Below are positions 1-10,738 of a DNA stretch of 64,000 nucleotides, in pieces. The DNA lies in assembly GCA_049511835.1 (NCBI GenBank), contig JBEKXN010000003.1, forward strand, positions 33,248 to 97,247. Direction: 5' to 3'. Position 1 is the stretch's first letter; each line of letters begins with the position of its first letter. The notes beneath the pieces are model-generated. The model worked only from the letters and a program-made list of their open reading frames with translations, was not told where the DNA came from and made no database searches. This DNA is from Verrucomicrobiota bacterium (lineage in GTDB: Bacteria > Verrucomicrobiota > Verrucomicrobiia > Limisphaerales > UBA11358). The position numbers and the translations under genes are program-made.

Positions 1-2
1 AA

Positions 3-428
3 AAAGTTGATTTCTGTCACTATCTGATTTGTGGTGGACCGGGCGAAACGAACGGGACGCTGCAGACGGGTTTTGAGCAATCGCTGCGTCTCAAGGGCAC
101 GGTGATCATGGCGGTGGTTGGCATGCGGGTCTATCCGGGAACACAGTTGTTCGAACGTGCCGTCGCCGAAGGCCGCATTCATCGCGATGCCGATTTGCTG
201 TCGCCGGCTTACTATCTGGCGCCGGGGCTGACGGCGGAAGGAGTCTTCGAGCAACTCCGGGAGTTCGCCCGCTGCTCGCCCAACTGGATTGTTGGCGACC
301 CGGTGCCCGCCTATACCAGTTTGATCGAACGGCTGCGCAAACGTGGCGTGGTTGGCCCGCTTTGGGGCTACTTCTCGATGATTCAACGCCTGTGGCCGCA
401 AGGCGTCCCCGGAGCAACGAAACCGTGA
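3..428 (+). CDS. Radical SAM (B12-binding type) protein, C-terminal part; gene starts before window
   Basis: Frame open from base 3 (KVDFCHYLICGGPGETNGTL...GMRVYPGTQL), typical radical SAM C-terminal half; its TGA overlaps the next GTG. Confidence 0.7.
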   Translation, partial: KVDFCHYLICGGPGETNGTLQTGFEQSLRLKGTVIMAVVGMRVYPGTQLFERAVAEGRIHRDADLLSPAYYLAPGLTAEGVFEQLREFARCSPNWIVGDPVPAYTSLIERLRKRGVVGPLWGYFSMIQRLWPQGVPGATKP

Positions 429-1750
429 AGCGCCTTCTGCTCATTTCGCCGCTCTCGAAGAAGAGCCTCATGGGTGGCGGTTTTTTCTTCCGGATGCCGT
501 GCCTGGGCCTGCTCAAAGTCGCCGCGCTCACGCCGCCCGATTGGCAGGTCACGATCATTGATGAAAAAGTGGAACCGCTGGACTTGAATCTGAAGGCGGA
601 CTTGGTCGGCATCACTGCGATGACCACGACGGTCCAGCGCGGCTACGAAATCGCGGACCACTTTCGCCAGCGCGGGGTCAAGGTGGTGATGGGTGGAATG
701 CATGTTTCATGTCTGCCCGGGGAGGCGTTGCCGCATTGCGATAGCGTGGTCGTCGGTGAGGCGGAAGTCTTGTGGCCCGTGTTGCTGCAAGATTTCCAGC
801 AGAACACCCTCAAGCCAGTCTATCGTCACGGAGACCAGTTGCCTTCCATCTCCCACTTGCCGGCGCCGGACTGGGAGTTGTATCGCCCCAAGAACTACCT
901 GCCGGTCCACTTTGTCGAAACCACGCGCGGCTGCCCGCTGGACTGCGAATTCTGCGCCGTGACCAGCGCCTTTGGCGGGCGGTACCGCAACCGCTCGCCT
1001 GACGAGGTGCTGGCGGAACTGCGCGGGTTGCGGCCCTTCGAGGGACTGCTCACACTCAAGAACTGCGTGCTCTTCGTGGATGACAACATCATCAGCAATC
1101 GCGCCTACGCCCGCGAATTTCTCGCGCGTATTGCCGAGCTCAAGCTGAACTGGTTTGGCCAGGCCTCGATGAACATTGCCAACGACCTGGAGCTCTTGAA
1201 GCTCTGCGAGAAAAGCGGCTGCACCGGCATCTTCATCGGGTTCGAAACCCTTTCCCGGGAAACGCTCTCCTCCATTGGCAGGAAACCCAACCGCCCGGAA
1301 AATTACCTGGAGGTCGTCAAGAAACTCCACGACCACGGCATCGGCATTGACGGCTCGTTCGTCTTCGGTTTCGACACCGACGACGCAGGCGTCTTCGACC
1401 GCACGCTGGAGTTTGTCCTCAGGGCCAAACTTGAAGTGGCTTATTTCTCCATCCTCACGCCGTATCCCGGCACGCGCCTGCATCAACGGCTCGCGGAGGA
1501 GGGCCGCCTGCTGAGCCAGGATTGGTCAATCTACGACGCCAACCACGTGGTCTATCGCCCGAAGACGTTCACGCCGGACCAACTGCTCGAAGGCTACCAC
1601 CGGGCGCTCAAGGAGGTTTATTCCATCCCTTCCATCTTCAAGCGACTCTGGGGCACAACGGCCTGGAAGAACTTTTTCTATCCCATGAACATCGGGTTTC
1701 GACAAAGCGTGAACAAATTGTGCCGCCAGAAAGGAACCACCCGCTCATGA
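425..1750 (+). CDS. B12-binding-domain radical SAM protein
   Basis: CxxxCxxC (TRGCPLDCEFC); N-terminal B12-binding-like region (LGLLKVAALTP...GGMHVS); GTG start overlaps upstream TGA. Confidence 0.9.
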   Translation: MKRLLLISPLSKKSLMGGGFFFRMPCLGLLKVAALTPPDWQVTIIDEKVEPLDLNLKADLVGITAMTTTVQRGYEIADHFRQRGVKVVMGGMHVSCLPGEALPHCDSVVVGEAEVLWPVLLQDFQQNTLKPVYRHGDQLPSISHLPAPDWELYRPKNYLPVHFVETTRGCPLDCEFCAVTSAFGGRYRNRSPDEVLAELRGLRPFEGLLTLKNCVLFVDDNIISNRAYAREFLARIAELKLNWFGQASMNIANDLELLKLCEKSGCTGIFIGFETLSRETLSSIGRKPNRPENYLEVVKKLHDHGIGIDGSFVFGFDTDDAGVFDRTLEFVLRAKLEVAYFSILTPYPGTRLHQRLAEEGRLLSQDWSIYDANHVVYRPKTFTPDQLLEGYHRALKEVYSIPSIFKRLWGTTAWKNFFYPMNIGFRQSVNKLCRQKGTTRS

Positions 1751-1848
1751 CCAAACCTGCCCCAAAGCAGAAAGCGGAACGCGGAACGCGGAAACAGTCG
1801 CCGTTGTTTCAATGGTCATTCAGCCCCTCCTGTTTGCACTGAACCACC

Positions 1849-3090
1849 ATGCTTTTCCCCGCTCCCAGTCCACCGTCGCCGCCTCCCCGCGTCGTCATCA
1901 CCGGTGCGGGCATCGTCACGGCGCTGGGTCTCGGTTGGCGACGGAACGCGGAAGGCTTTCGCGCGGGTCGCACCGCCTTTCGTCCGGTAACGCTGTTTGA
2001 TGTCAGCCGCCAGCGCGTCAAGGTTGCGGCGGAAGCGGATCTGCCCACGGCGCTGCCGTCGTCGCGCCTTTCCGCGCGCCAAGCCGGCCGGCTCGACCGG
2101 GCCAGCACCATGCTGTTGCTGGCGGCGCTCGAAGCGTGGCAGCAGGCCGGCTGGGAACCTTCCGATCGTCTCCCGCTGATCCTCGGAACCACCTCCGGCG
2201 GGATGGCGCTCGGTGAAGCCTATTTTCGTCAGGCCGTGCAATCACCGCGCCGGCACCGCCGCCAGCCCACGCGCGCCCTGTACTATCAATCGCAAACGCA
2301 GGGACGCGTTGTGTTGGATGCGCTGGGCATTGGCGGACCGGTCACCATCCTCTCGAATGCCTGCGCCTCCGGCGGCAACGCCATCGGCCACGCGCTGGAA
2401 TTGCTGCGCCGCGGCTGCGCCACGCAGGTGCTCGCTGGTGGTTACGACGGTCTCAATCAACTCGTTTTCTCCGGCTTCGACTCCTTGCAGACACTCTCGC
2501 CAACGCTTTGCCGCCCTTTCGATGCGCACCGCGATGGACTGGCGATTGGCGAAGGCGCCGCTCTGATGGCGCTCGAAACGCTGGAGTCGGCGCGCCAGCG
2601 CGGCGCGGTCATTCTCGGTGAACTTGCCGGCTACGGCACAACCATAGATTTGTACCATCTTACCCAACCGCATCCGCAAGGCGATGCGGCGCTCGTGGCG
2701 ATGATCCAAGCTTGTGAGATGGCCGGAATGACGCCAGCGGACATTGATTACATCAACGCCCACGGCACTGGCACGCCGCTAAACGACAGCTCGGAGGCCG
2801 CCGCCATCCGACGTTGGGCGGGCAATCGCGCCGCAACCTTGCCGGTGAGTTCCACGAAGGCCAGCATTGGCCATCTGCTCGGCGCGGCGGGCGCGGTGGA
2901 AGCGGTGGTTTGCTTGATGGCCCTCCGCGAGCAGTGGCTGCCACCCGAAATCGCATTTGAAACGCCCGATGCCGCCTGTTGTTTTCCAGTTGTGCGCGAG
3001 CCACAGGACGCGCCGCTGAAAATCGCGCTGTCAAACTCCTTCGGCTTTGGCGGCGTCAATGCAACTCTCGTCCTGCGGAGGTGGTCATGA
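1849..3090 (+). CDS. Beta-ketoacyl-ACP synthase (FabF-like KS)
   Basis: Catalytic Cys (SNACASG), His motifs (INAHGTGT, SIGHLLGAAG), C-terminal SNSFGFGG. Confidence 0.92.
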   Translation: MLFPAPSPPSPPPRVVITGAGIVTALGLGWRRNAEGFRAGRTAFRPVTLFDVSRQRVKVAAEADLPTALPSSRLSARQAGRLDRASTMLLLAALEAWQQAGWEPSDRLPLILGTTSGGMALGEAYFRQAVQSPRRHRRQPTRALYYQSQTQGRVVLDALGIGGPVTILSNACASGGNAIGHALELLRRGCATQVLAGGYDGLNQLVFSGFDSLQTLSPTLCRPFDAHRDGLAIGEGAALMALETLESARQRGAVILGELAGYGTTIDLYHLTQPHPQGDAALVAMIQACEMAGMTPADIDYINAHGTGTPLNDSSEAAAIRRWAGNRAATLPVSSTKASIGHLLGAAGAVEAVVCLMALREQWLPPEIAFETPDAACCFPVVREPQDAPLKIALSNSFGFGGVNATLVLRRWS

Positions 3091-4163
3091 ACCGGGTGTT
3101 CGTCTGCGGATTGGGTGCGGTTTCTCCGGCAGGTTGGAACGTTGCCGCCCTGCGCGAATCGCTGGACCAAGGACAGCCGTTTCCCGTCCAGTCGCTGGAA
3201 CGGCCCGGCTGGGACAAGCCGCTGCGGGTTCGGCTCGTTCCAGCTCCGGCTCAACGTTTGGCCTTCCTCGGCCACCCACGGCTGCGGCGCACCAGTCCGG
3301 TCACCCACTACGCTGCCGCCGCCGCGTTGGAGGCGGTGGCAAAAGTGCGAACCGGCAACGAATCAGATCCAAGGTTTGGCATCATCGTTTGCCTTCAGGC
3401 GGGCTGCGTTCATTACTCTTACCGCTTTTTCGACGAGACGCTGAAAGATCCCGCCACGGCCAGTCCGCTGCTGTTTCCTGAAACCGTCTTCTCCGCGCCC
3501 GCCAGCCATGTCGCCTCATTGCTGGGCAATGCGTCGCTGGTTTACACGCTCCTGGGTGATCCCGCCTCGTTCCTGCAAGGGCTGGCCTTGGGCGTGGCAT
3601 GGTTGAAGGAAAAGCGGGTCGATGCCTGTTTGGTCATCGGGGCCGAGGAAACCAACTGGCTGCGGGCGGACGCACTGTGGCACCTCGATCATAGGGCCAT
3701 TATCAGTGGCGGGGCGGGAGCCGTGTGCCTGAGCCTCAACCCTGTGTGGTCGGTCGGCGTCGAGTTGGACCGGATCACCGCCGTCCATACCTACATTGCG
3801 CTCCAGCCGCGTTCGCAGGCGGCGCTGGCCATGCGCGCTGAACTGCCGGCCGGTTCGCCCGAACAATTACTGTGCGACGGAATCGGCGACAGCCCACGTA
3901 CCGACGCCCCGGAAATCGCCGCGTGGCGCGACTGGTCCGGGCCGCGCCTGAGCCCGAAGCGGATTCTCGGCGAGGGACTCATGGCTGCGGGCGCGTGGCA
4001 GTGCGTGGCGGCCTGCGATGCTCTGGCCGGCGGCCGCTTCGCGGCGGCCATTGCCAGCCTCGTCGGTTGCAATCAGCATGCCATCGGCGCACGGTTTGTG
4101 CGCGATGCGCGGAGAATTTCACATTTGCCCGCCACTCTCCCAGCGGGCAACATGGCGGTATGA
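3087..4163 (+). CDS. Non-catalytic KS-like protein (chain-length-factor-like)
   Basis: KS N-terminal fold (VFVCGLGAVSP; SPLLFPETVFSAPASH) with ACAS replaced by DPAS and GH by GE; ATGA coupling on both sides. Confidence 0.75.
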   Translation: MNRVFVCGLGAVSPAGWNVAALRESLDQGQPFPVQSLERPGWDKPLRVRLVPAPAQRLAFLGHPRLRRTSPVTHYAAAAALEAVAKVRTGNESDPRFGIIVCLQAGCVHYSYRFFDETLKDPATASPLLFPETVFSAPASHVASLLGNASLVYTLLGDPASFLQGLALGVAWLKEKRVDACLVIGAEETNWLRADALWHLDHRAIISGGAGAVCLSLNPVWSVGVELDRITAVHTYIALQPRSQAALAMRAELPAGSPEQLLCDGIGDSPRTDAPEIAAWRDWSGPRLSPKRILGEGLMAAGAWQCVAACDALAGGRFAAAIASLVGCNQHAIGARFVRDARRISHLPATLPAGNMAV

Positions 4164-4891
4164 GTTTGAGGGTTGTCTTTATCACCGGAGCGAATGGCAG
4201 TTTGGGCCAGGCCATCGCGCAGGCTTTTCTCGCCGAGTCACCGGACAACTTCATCTGGCTGGCGGTCCATTCACGCCGCGAACGCGCCGAGGAGATGACG
4301 CGGAAAAATCCGGACCGCTGCCGCTGCATGCCGCTCGACGTGGTTTCCCGCGAATCCTGGCAAAAAGCCGTCACGGAAATCCTGGGCGTTCACGCGCGGC
4401 TCGACGTGCTGGTCAACAACGCCGGCGTCCACGAAGACGCTTTGCTCGGCACCATGCCGGTGAGTACCTGGGATCGTGTGCTGGCGACGAATCTCGACAG
4501 TGTTTTTCACGGCTGTCAAGCCGTGCTCCCGACGATGATCAGCCAGCGCAGCGGACGGATCATCAATATCGCATCGCTTAGCGCGCTGCTGGCGCCCGCC
4601 GGCCAGACCAACTATGCGGCGGCCAAGGCCGGTGTGGTTGCCTTGACCCGGTCGCTGGCAAAAGAAGTGGGTCGGATCGGAATTACCGTCAATGCGGTCT
4701 GCCCCGGTTATGTGGACACGGAGGCACTTGTAGTCATGGGCGAAGTTGAGCGCCAGCGCGCCCGGGAGCGGATTCCGATGCGGCGTTTTGGGCAGCCGTG
4801 CGAAATTGCCGCGGCGGTGCGCTTTTTGGCTTGCGCTGAGGCGGGTTACATCACAGGTTCTGCGCTCAAAATTGATGGTGGAATCTTCTAA
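4160..4891 (+). CDS. 3-oxoacyl-ACP reductase (FabG-like SDR)
   Basis: TGANGSLG, LVNNAG, NYAAAK (YxxxK), VNAVCPG; ATG overlaps upstream TGA. Confidence 0.92.
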   Translation: MSLRVVFITGANGSLGQAIAQAFLAESPDNFIWLAVHSRRERAEEMTRKNPDRCRCMPLDVVSRESWQKAVTEILGVHARLDVLVNNAGVHEDALLGTMPVSTWDRVLATNLDSVFHGCQAVLPTMISQRSGRIINIASLSALLAPAGQTNYAAAKAGVVALTRSLAKEVGRIGITVNAVCPGYVDTEALVVMGEVERQRARERIPMRRFGQPCEIAAAVRFLACAEAGYITGSALKIDGGIF

Positions 4892-5166
4892 TGAACAACC
4901 CTGCGGAACTCAAAACCCAAATCAAACACCTGCTGGTGGAGAACCTTATGCTCCAATCCAAGGCGGAGGAAATCGCCGACGACCTGCCGCTTTTTGGCCC
5001 CGACAGTCTGGGTTTGGATTCTGTCGATGCGCTCCAACTTGTTGTGGCGCTCGATAAAAATTACGGGTTGAAAATCCCCGATCCGGAAGCGGCCAAAAAA
5101 GTCCTGCAAAGTGTCAACACCATCGTGGCTGCGCTGGAACAGCATTTATCTGGCAAACCTCACTAA
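4891..5166 (+). CDS. Acyl carrier protein
   Basis: PLFGPDSLGLDSVDALQL phosphopantetheine-site motif; 91 aa. Confidence 0.92.
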   Translation: MNNPAELKTQIKHLLVENLMLQSKAEEIADDLPLFGPDSLGLDSVDALQLVVALDKNYGLKIPDPEAAKKVLQSVNTIVAALEQHLSGKPH

Positions 5167-5203
5167 AGTCATACCAATTCCCGGAGACAATCAGCGCCAA
5201 GGG

Positions 5204-5277
5204 GTAGGGCGCGTCACTCTGTGCGCGCCGTGGACCGCCTTGGACGGACGGCGGGCAGAGGAAACGGCCCGCCCTAC
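5204..5277. repeat. GTAG...CTAC-bracketed palindromic element (REP/REPIN-like)
   Basis: gtagggcg (5204) and cgccctac (5270) form terminal inverted repeats; intergenic between convergent genes. Confidence 0.55.
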
Positions 5278-5382
5278 GGTGATGGTTTTACCGCAGAACT
5301 GACTTTGTTTTGGCGCAAAAAGAACCGCCTCCCCAGCGTGAGCCGGAAAGGCGGTTCAAAGAATGGAGTCGAGCGCGGCGGA

Positions 5383-6204
5383 TTACGACGAGCGCCGGCG
5401 GAATGGGCACAAACAAACCAGCGCTCCGGCACTTAGCGCCAGCAGAAAAAGTGTTGCCGGTTCCGGCACGGGTTGAATGAAGCCGATGTCCACCCCGGTT
5501 CCGTCACTGCCGATTTGAGAGAAAGTCACGGTCAACGAAGTGATATTGTCGTCATCAATGCTCACAACTGCCAGCGCGGTGTTGAAAGATGGATCACCGG
5601 GAATGCCGTTGCCATAAAGTGAATTTTGCAGGCTGAAACTGTCTGGACCGTCGGTGTATAGGTTAGAACCGTAGGCCCCCCCGACGCCGTATTCACCAAG
5701 ATAAGTGCCATTTTGTGCCACCGAGGCGGTTGTGATGTAGTCCGGGTCAACCGAGTCCAAGCGGCCCAGCCCCAAGATGCCCAACGCGAGGGATCCCGCC
5801 GCCACCGAATGATCCAGGAAGGTATAGGTGACAGTCCAGGTCACGGCAGCTTCAGCCGGCGTGTTATGCGTGCGACCGAGGAACTCGAAGTTATTCCAAG
5901 TATAGGTATCACCGGTTTTATTGACGAAGCCGCTTGTGAAAGTCGAAATCTGGGAGCGGGTTGCGGTATAATTCCCGGGATATGTGTTGACCTCAGGCGT
6001 GTAATACATCAGAACGCGGCCAACCCCTGGCAGATTAAATGTTGTATTGCTGTTGGGCATGGTGTCACCGAAGGCTACCACCGGCATCTGCATCCAATTG
6101 ATGGTAAAGTCGTCTGCCATTGCGGATGTCGCCAGCAAAACGCCGGTGAGCAACCCGAGGCTCGGAAAAAAAACCGAATGTTGTTTCAATTTGTGGAGTT
6201 TCAT
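5383..6204 (-). CDS. PEP-CTERM sorting-domain surface protein
   Basis: Signal peptide (..LLATSAMA), C-terminal VPEPATLFLLALSAGAL..RRR; ATG at 6204 preceded by AGAAAGGA. Confidence 0.88.
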   Translation of the reverse strand: MKLHKLKQHSVFFPSLGLLTGVLLATSAMADDFTINWMQMPVVAFGDTMPNSNTTFNLPGVGRVLMYYTPEVNTYPGNYTATRSQISTFTSGFVNKTGDTYTWNNFEFLGRTHNTPAEAAVTWTVTYTFLDHSVAAGSLALGILGLGRLDSVDPDYITTASVAQNGTYLGEYGVGGAYGSNLYTDGPDSFSLQNSLYGNGIPGDPSFNTALAVVSIDDDNITSLTVTFSQIGSDGTGVDIGFIQPVPEPATLFLLALSAGALVCLCPFRRRSS

Positions 6205-6442
6205 TTCTTGAATCCTTTCTGTGTTGATGGTTGATGTGTTGTTGGTTGATATGTTCAGTTGTCTTCCGCGAGCTGACACGATCCGGGTGGATGGTCGGAC
6301 TCACGGGTCGGGTTGAGTTTAGTTTGTCTGCTTTACCTTACAATCGGAAAATCGTTACGGTAATGGCTTCCCTGTCCAACTCCCTGCTTTGGCAATGGTT
6401 AACCTGACCAAAATCGGCAACCAAATGCGTCCGGGAAAGTGC

Positions 6443-6471
6443 TTTACACCGGGGTTGTGAATAATTATCTT
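6443..6471 (+). promoter_or_regulatory. Putative sigma70 promoter of rpsO-pnp
   Basis: TTTACA-N17-TATCTT ending 19 bp before the rpsO ATG. Confidence 0.5.
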
Positions 6472-6490
6472 TCCCCATTCTAATTAAAAT

Positions 6491-6748
6491 ATGGAAGCGA
6501 AGACGAAGACGATTGACCAATTTAAGTTGCATGGCAAAGACACAGGTTCGGCGGATGTGCAGGTTGCGCTGCTGACCCAGCGAATCAACCATCTGACCGA
6601 ACATTTGCAGACGAACAAAAAGGACCACAGCTCGCGTCGCGGGCTGCTGATGATGGTCGGCCAGCGCCGCCGCCTGCTCGAATACCTGCAAAACACAGAT
6701 TTGAACCGCTATCAGGCGGTCACGAAGAAATTGAAGCTGCGCCACTGA
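6491..6748 (+). CDS. rpsO: 30S ribosomal protein S15
   Basis: [44 protein letters not shown]; canonical position before pnp. Confidence 0.98.
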   Translation: MEAKTKTIDQFKLHGKDTGSADVQVALLTQRINHLTEHLQTNKKDHSSRRGLLMMVGQRRRLLEYLQNTDLNRYQAVTKKLKLRH

Positions 6749-6943
6749 ATTTGCGGAGGTGCGGCTCTTTTTTTTTCAGCCAGCCGCCCTTCGCTCTCGA
6801 ATTTGAGCCGGAAACGCGAACGGCTCGATTCCCAAACCGAAATCATCGCGAATAAAAAATCCGTTGCCCCTGGGAAATTTCAATCAGCTCCGAAAGCGTT
6901 CGGAGTTCACTGAAGTTCCTCCGGAGGCAATGGGCCAGTTCAT

Positions 6944-9085
6944 ATGCCAGAAAAAATCACCGCCCAGGTGGGCGACAAGCAAATCATCATTGAAACCGGA
7001 AAACTCGCCAAACAGGCGGACGGCGCCGTAACCGTCCAGCTCGGCGAAACCATCGTCATTGTGGCCGCGGTGGCCGCCACCAAGGCCAAGGAAGGCCAGG
7101 ACTTTTTTCCCCTGACGGTTGACTACCGTGAAAAAGCGGCGGCGGCGGGCATGTTCCCCGGCGGCTACTTCAAGCGCGAAGGCCGTCCGACGGAAAAGGA
7201 AATTCTCACCTGCCGGCTCACCGACCGTCCGATTCGTCCGCTCTTTCCCAAGGGCTGGTACAACGAAGTGCAGGTTCAAACCGTCGTTCTCAGTGCCGAC
7301 GGCGAAAACGACCCCGACATTCTCAGTACTATCGGCGCATCTGCTGCCTTGATGGTCAGCGACATTCCGTGGGACGGTCCCTTGGGTGCCGTTCGCGTCG
7401 GTCGCATCAAAGGTAAATTTATCGCCAATCCGACCCATGCCGAACAGGCCGAAAGCGACCTCGACCTCCTTTATGTCGGCAACACGAACGATATGGTGAT
7501 GTTTGAAGGTTCGGCCAAGGAAATCACCGAAGCCGACTTCAACGCCGCGTTGAAATATGCGCAGGAAGCCATTCAACCGCTCATCGCCGCGCAAAAGGAA
7601 CTTGTCGCCAGGGCGGGCAAGAAGAAACGTGAAATCACGCTCAACATCGTCCCCGACGAAATTCTTCAGGAAGCCAAACAGCTTGCCGGCGAACGTTTTG
7701 TTCCCGCGCTGCTCACGCCAGGCAAGCTCGCCCGCGAAGCCGCCTGCAACGCCATCAAGGAGGAAGTCGGCGCCAAGCTCGTCGAAAAGTTCGGCGCGGA
7801 AAAGGTAACCGACTTTGTCATCAACGACGCGTTTTATTACATCCAGAAGGAAGCCGTCCGCGGTTTGATTTTGAACCACGGCAAACGCCTCGACGGCCGC
7901 GCCTTTGATGTCGTGCGCCCGATTTCAAGCGAAGTCGGCATTTTACCGCGCGCCCATGGTTCGGCGTTGTTTTGCCGGGGCGAAACCCAGGCGGTCACGC
8001 TGGCCACGCTGGGCACCGGCGACGACACGCAGGAATTCGATTCCTACACCGGCGGCGGCAGCGAGAAAAAATTCATCCTGCACTACAACTTTCCGAACTT
8101 CTCCGTCGGTGAAACTGGCCGCATCAGCGGTCCGGGCCGGCGCGAAATCGGCCACGGCGCGCTTGCCGAACGCAGCCTCGAACCGATGATCCCGATGGAA
8201 AATTATCCCTACACCATCCGCGTTACCAGCGAGATCATGGAGTCCAACGGCTCGACCTCCATGGCGACCATTTGCGGCGGCACGCTGGCGCTCATGGACG
8301 CAGGCATTCCGATGATCCGCCCCGTTGCCGGCATCAGCGTCGGCATCTGCACCGAATTGGACGCCAACAAGAAAATCTCCAAATACCAGCTTCTCACCGA
8401 CATCATCGGCTGGGAAGATCATTACTGCGACATGGATTGCAAGATTGCCGGGACGGAAAAGGGCATCACCGGTTTCCAACTCGACCTGAAGTTGAAGGGA
8501 CTGCCGCACGCCATCATGGCCGAGGCGATTGAAAAGACCCGCGTCGCGCGGATGCACATCCTGGCGGAAATGGCCAAGACCCTCGCCGCCCCGCGCAAGG
8601 AAATCAGCAAATACGCCCCGCGCATCGAGACGCTCAAGATCAACCCCGAAAAGATCGGCGCGCTCATCGGCCCCGGCGGCAAGAACATCAAGAAGCTGGT
8701 CGAGGAATCCGGCTGCGAAATTGACATTGAAGACGACGGCACGGTGAACATCTTCTCCGTCTCGCCGGAAGGCATGAAGATCGCACTCGACGCCATCACC
8801 GGCATGACGGCGGAAGCCGAGATCGGAAAGATTTACCGCGGCAAGGTCGTCACCATCAAGGAATTCGGCTGTTTTGTGGAATTCCTGCCCGGGAAGGACG
8901 GCCTGGTGCACATCAGCGAACTGGCCAATTTCCGCGTCAAGAAAACCGAGGACATCGTCAAGGTCGGCGATGACATCACGGTCAAATGCCTCGGGGTGGA
9001 CGAAAAGGGCAGGGTGCGTCTGTCGCGCAAGGCCGCGATGGAAGACCGCGACAAGGAAGCAGCGGCTGCGACCGAAGCCAAATAA
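6944..9085 (+). CDS. pnp: Polyribonucleotide nucleotidyltransferase
   Basis: [34 protein letters not shown] (IGPGGKNIK) and S1 domains. Confidence 0.98.
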   Translation: MPEKITAQVGDKQIIIETGKLAKQADGAVTVQLGETIVIVAAVAATKAKEGQDFFPLTVDYREKAAAAGMFPGGYFKREGRPTEKEILTCRLTDRPIRPLFPKGWYNEVQVQTVVLSADGENDPDILSTIGASAALMVSDIPWDGPLGAVRVGRIKGKFIANPTHAEQAESDLDLLYVGNTNDMVMFEGSAKEITEADFNAALKYAQEAIQPLIAAQKELVARAGKKKREITLNIVPDEILQEAKQLAGERFVPALLTPGKLAREAACNAIKEEVGAKLVEKFGAEKVTDFVINDAFYYIQKEAVRGLILNHGKRLDGRAFDVVRPISSEVGILPRAHGSALFCRGETQAVTLATLGTGDDTQEFDSYTGGGSEKKFILHYNFPNFSVGETGRISGPGRREIGHGALAERSLEPMIPMENYPYTIRVTSEIMESNGSTSMATICGGTLALMDAGIPMIRPVAGISVGICTELDANKKISKYQLLTDIIGWEDHYCDMDCKIAGTEKGITGFQLDLKLKGLPHAIMAEAIEKTRVARMHILAEMAKTLAAPRKEISKYAPRIETLKINPEKIGALIGPGGKNIKKLVEESGCEIDIEDDGTVNIFSVSPEGMKIALDAITGMTAEAEIGKIYRGKVVTIKEFGCFVEFLPGKDGLVHISELANFRVKKTEDIVKVGDDITVKCLGVDEKGRVRLSRKAAMEDRDKEAAAATEAK

Positions 9086-9104
9086 TCCTGGCGCAATCAA
9101 TTCC

Positions 9105-9138
9105 AGCGCGAGCGGGAAACCGTCCGCGCTTTTTGTTT
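9105..9138 (+). terminator. Rho-independent terminator after pnp
   Basis: agcgcgagcgg-GAAA-ccgtccgcgct followed by a T-rich run. Confidence 0.7.
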
Positions 9139-9161
9139 GCCTTCGGCCAAAGACGTGAAGA

Positions 9162-10027
9162 TTGACGCCAATAAATCTTCGGCGCAGACTCGTTTCCACC
9201 ATGTCAGCCGGGTTATCGAATCTTAACTTGACACTATATAAGTATGTAATCCTTTGCGACGATGAGTCTTCGGTGCTGGCACGAGTCCTTCAACACTACT
9301 CAAAAGCATTTTGGGAAAAATTATCTGAGGAGGCCAAAGAGAAGAAGCACTATCACATTAAGAGATTTGTGGATGTGGTGTCAAAAGTGGATGATCCCGA
9401 TTGGAAGGCCGATAAAGACCTTTTGCCGCAATTGCTTTTTCACCTTCTTTTTTACGAAAAGCCCGAAGAGGCGCGAGAACCTGCACGTCCCATTATCACC
9501 AGTTTCGATCCTGAGAAAGGGAGTGAGAATTGGCATCTTGGCCCAAAATCTCTGAAAGACGTCCAGATAAAGGAATGGCACAACTCATGGTACCAACCAT
9601 TTCGTCACGATATCATTGGCAACACCTTGAGTGCTGATTTGATTGATTATTTGACACGCGATCCGCAGCGTCTTGGCACGCAACGCCGTGTGGACCTTCA
9701 CCTGTTGAGTTTCAACTGGCATTACAGCGAAGTAAAAGCAGCACGAAACAGAGACCTGAATTCAGGAGCCTTTCCGAGAGGTACAAACAGGTCAGATGGG
9801 CGTTGGAGAGGCATCCCTTGAGCGAGCTTAAGCTCGGCAAAAATGTAAACCTCGAACCCATAATGCGGAGCAAAGATCACGATGAATTCCAGCTTGAAGT
9901 GGATTGGAGCGGTGATGATGTCGTCCCCTGTAGTTTCGCCTTTCGTCGCATTGATCGCGAGCGCCTTAGTTTCCTCGCGCGATTGCAGATTATCGGTCCT
10001 CCCCGCAGACGCGGTCAACTCCTCTAA
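9162..10027 (+). pseudogene. Fragmented HD-domain phosphohydrolase (dNTPase-like) gene
   Basis: HDIIGNTLSADLIDYLTRD resembles the D-x-D-x-x-D-Y-L-x-R-D motif of HD phosphohydrolases; no N-terminal HD motif; frame switches near 9710 into a second open stretch ending 10027. Confidence 0.5.
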
Positions 10028-10168
10028 ATTCTTAATCGGTTCTGCTGCTTGACCCGTCTGGCCAGTTCGGGCATCACAGTGCCTGAGGCAAGGCCATGAC
10101 TATTGTTACTTGACCTGGACCTGGACCCAGACCGGGCGAGGTCGGAGCAGGCTTTGTCCCCCTGCGTC

Positions 10169-10738
10169 TCAGGCGTCAATTCCGACGATCAAAACAGGGA
10201 TGTCAATGTTTGAAACTCCGCGATGCTGCAAATCCCAGACAAACTGTTCGAAATAAGAAACACCGGTGGACATTTGGTCGGCGAAGCGTTTGATGGGGAC
10301 AATCTCCACCCCGGCGTTGATGTGGCCGAGCTTGTGGAAAATGGTCATCTTGGCGCAGACGTTATAAACCATGAAGGCATATTTGCCGAACTGGACTTCC
10401 ACGCCAAGCCGCTTCTTTATAAAATCCATGTCGCGAAACGCGCCCTTGGAAAGTGGCTTGGCCTTGTAACCAGGTTTGTAAAACTCCGTCGGATATTGGC
10501 AAGGCACCTTGCAATTTGCCCAGCCCAATAGCTGAAATTCAGCTTTGAAACTTTTGTTCAAGGCAAACGGGCTGTAGAGAATTTTGCCCGGCATGGTTTT
10601 CTCCTTGCTCGTCTTGGTCTTGCAAGGCGCGGCATCCACCTTGGAAATCACATCGTAAACCTCGTCAAGCAGGGTTGAATGCTTCTTGGCGAGAAACGTA
10701 GCGCCGTTGTTGAAGGAGAATTCGCCCGCGATTTTCAT
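10169..10738 (-). CDS. Type II restriction endonuclease, BglII/BstYI family
   Basis: DMDFIKKRLGVEVQFGKY (D...EVQF) catalytic motif, SYFEQ, DIPVLIVGI; ATGA overlap with MTase stop. Confidence 0.82.
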   Translation of the reverse strand: MKIAGEFSFNNGATFLAKKHSTLLDEVYDVISKVDAAPCKTKTSKEKTMPGKILYSPFALNKSFKAEFQLLGWANCKVPCQYPTEFYKPGYKAKPLSKGAFRDMDFIKKRLGVEVQFGKYAFMVYNVCAKMTIFHKLGHINAGVEIVPIKRFADQMSTGVSYFEQFVWDLQHRGVSNIDIPVLIVGIDA

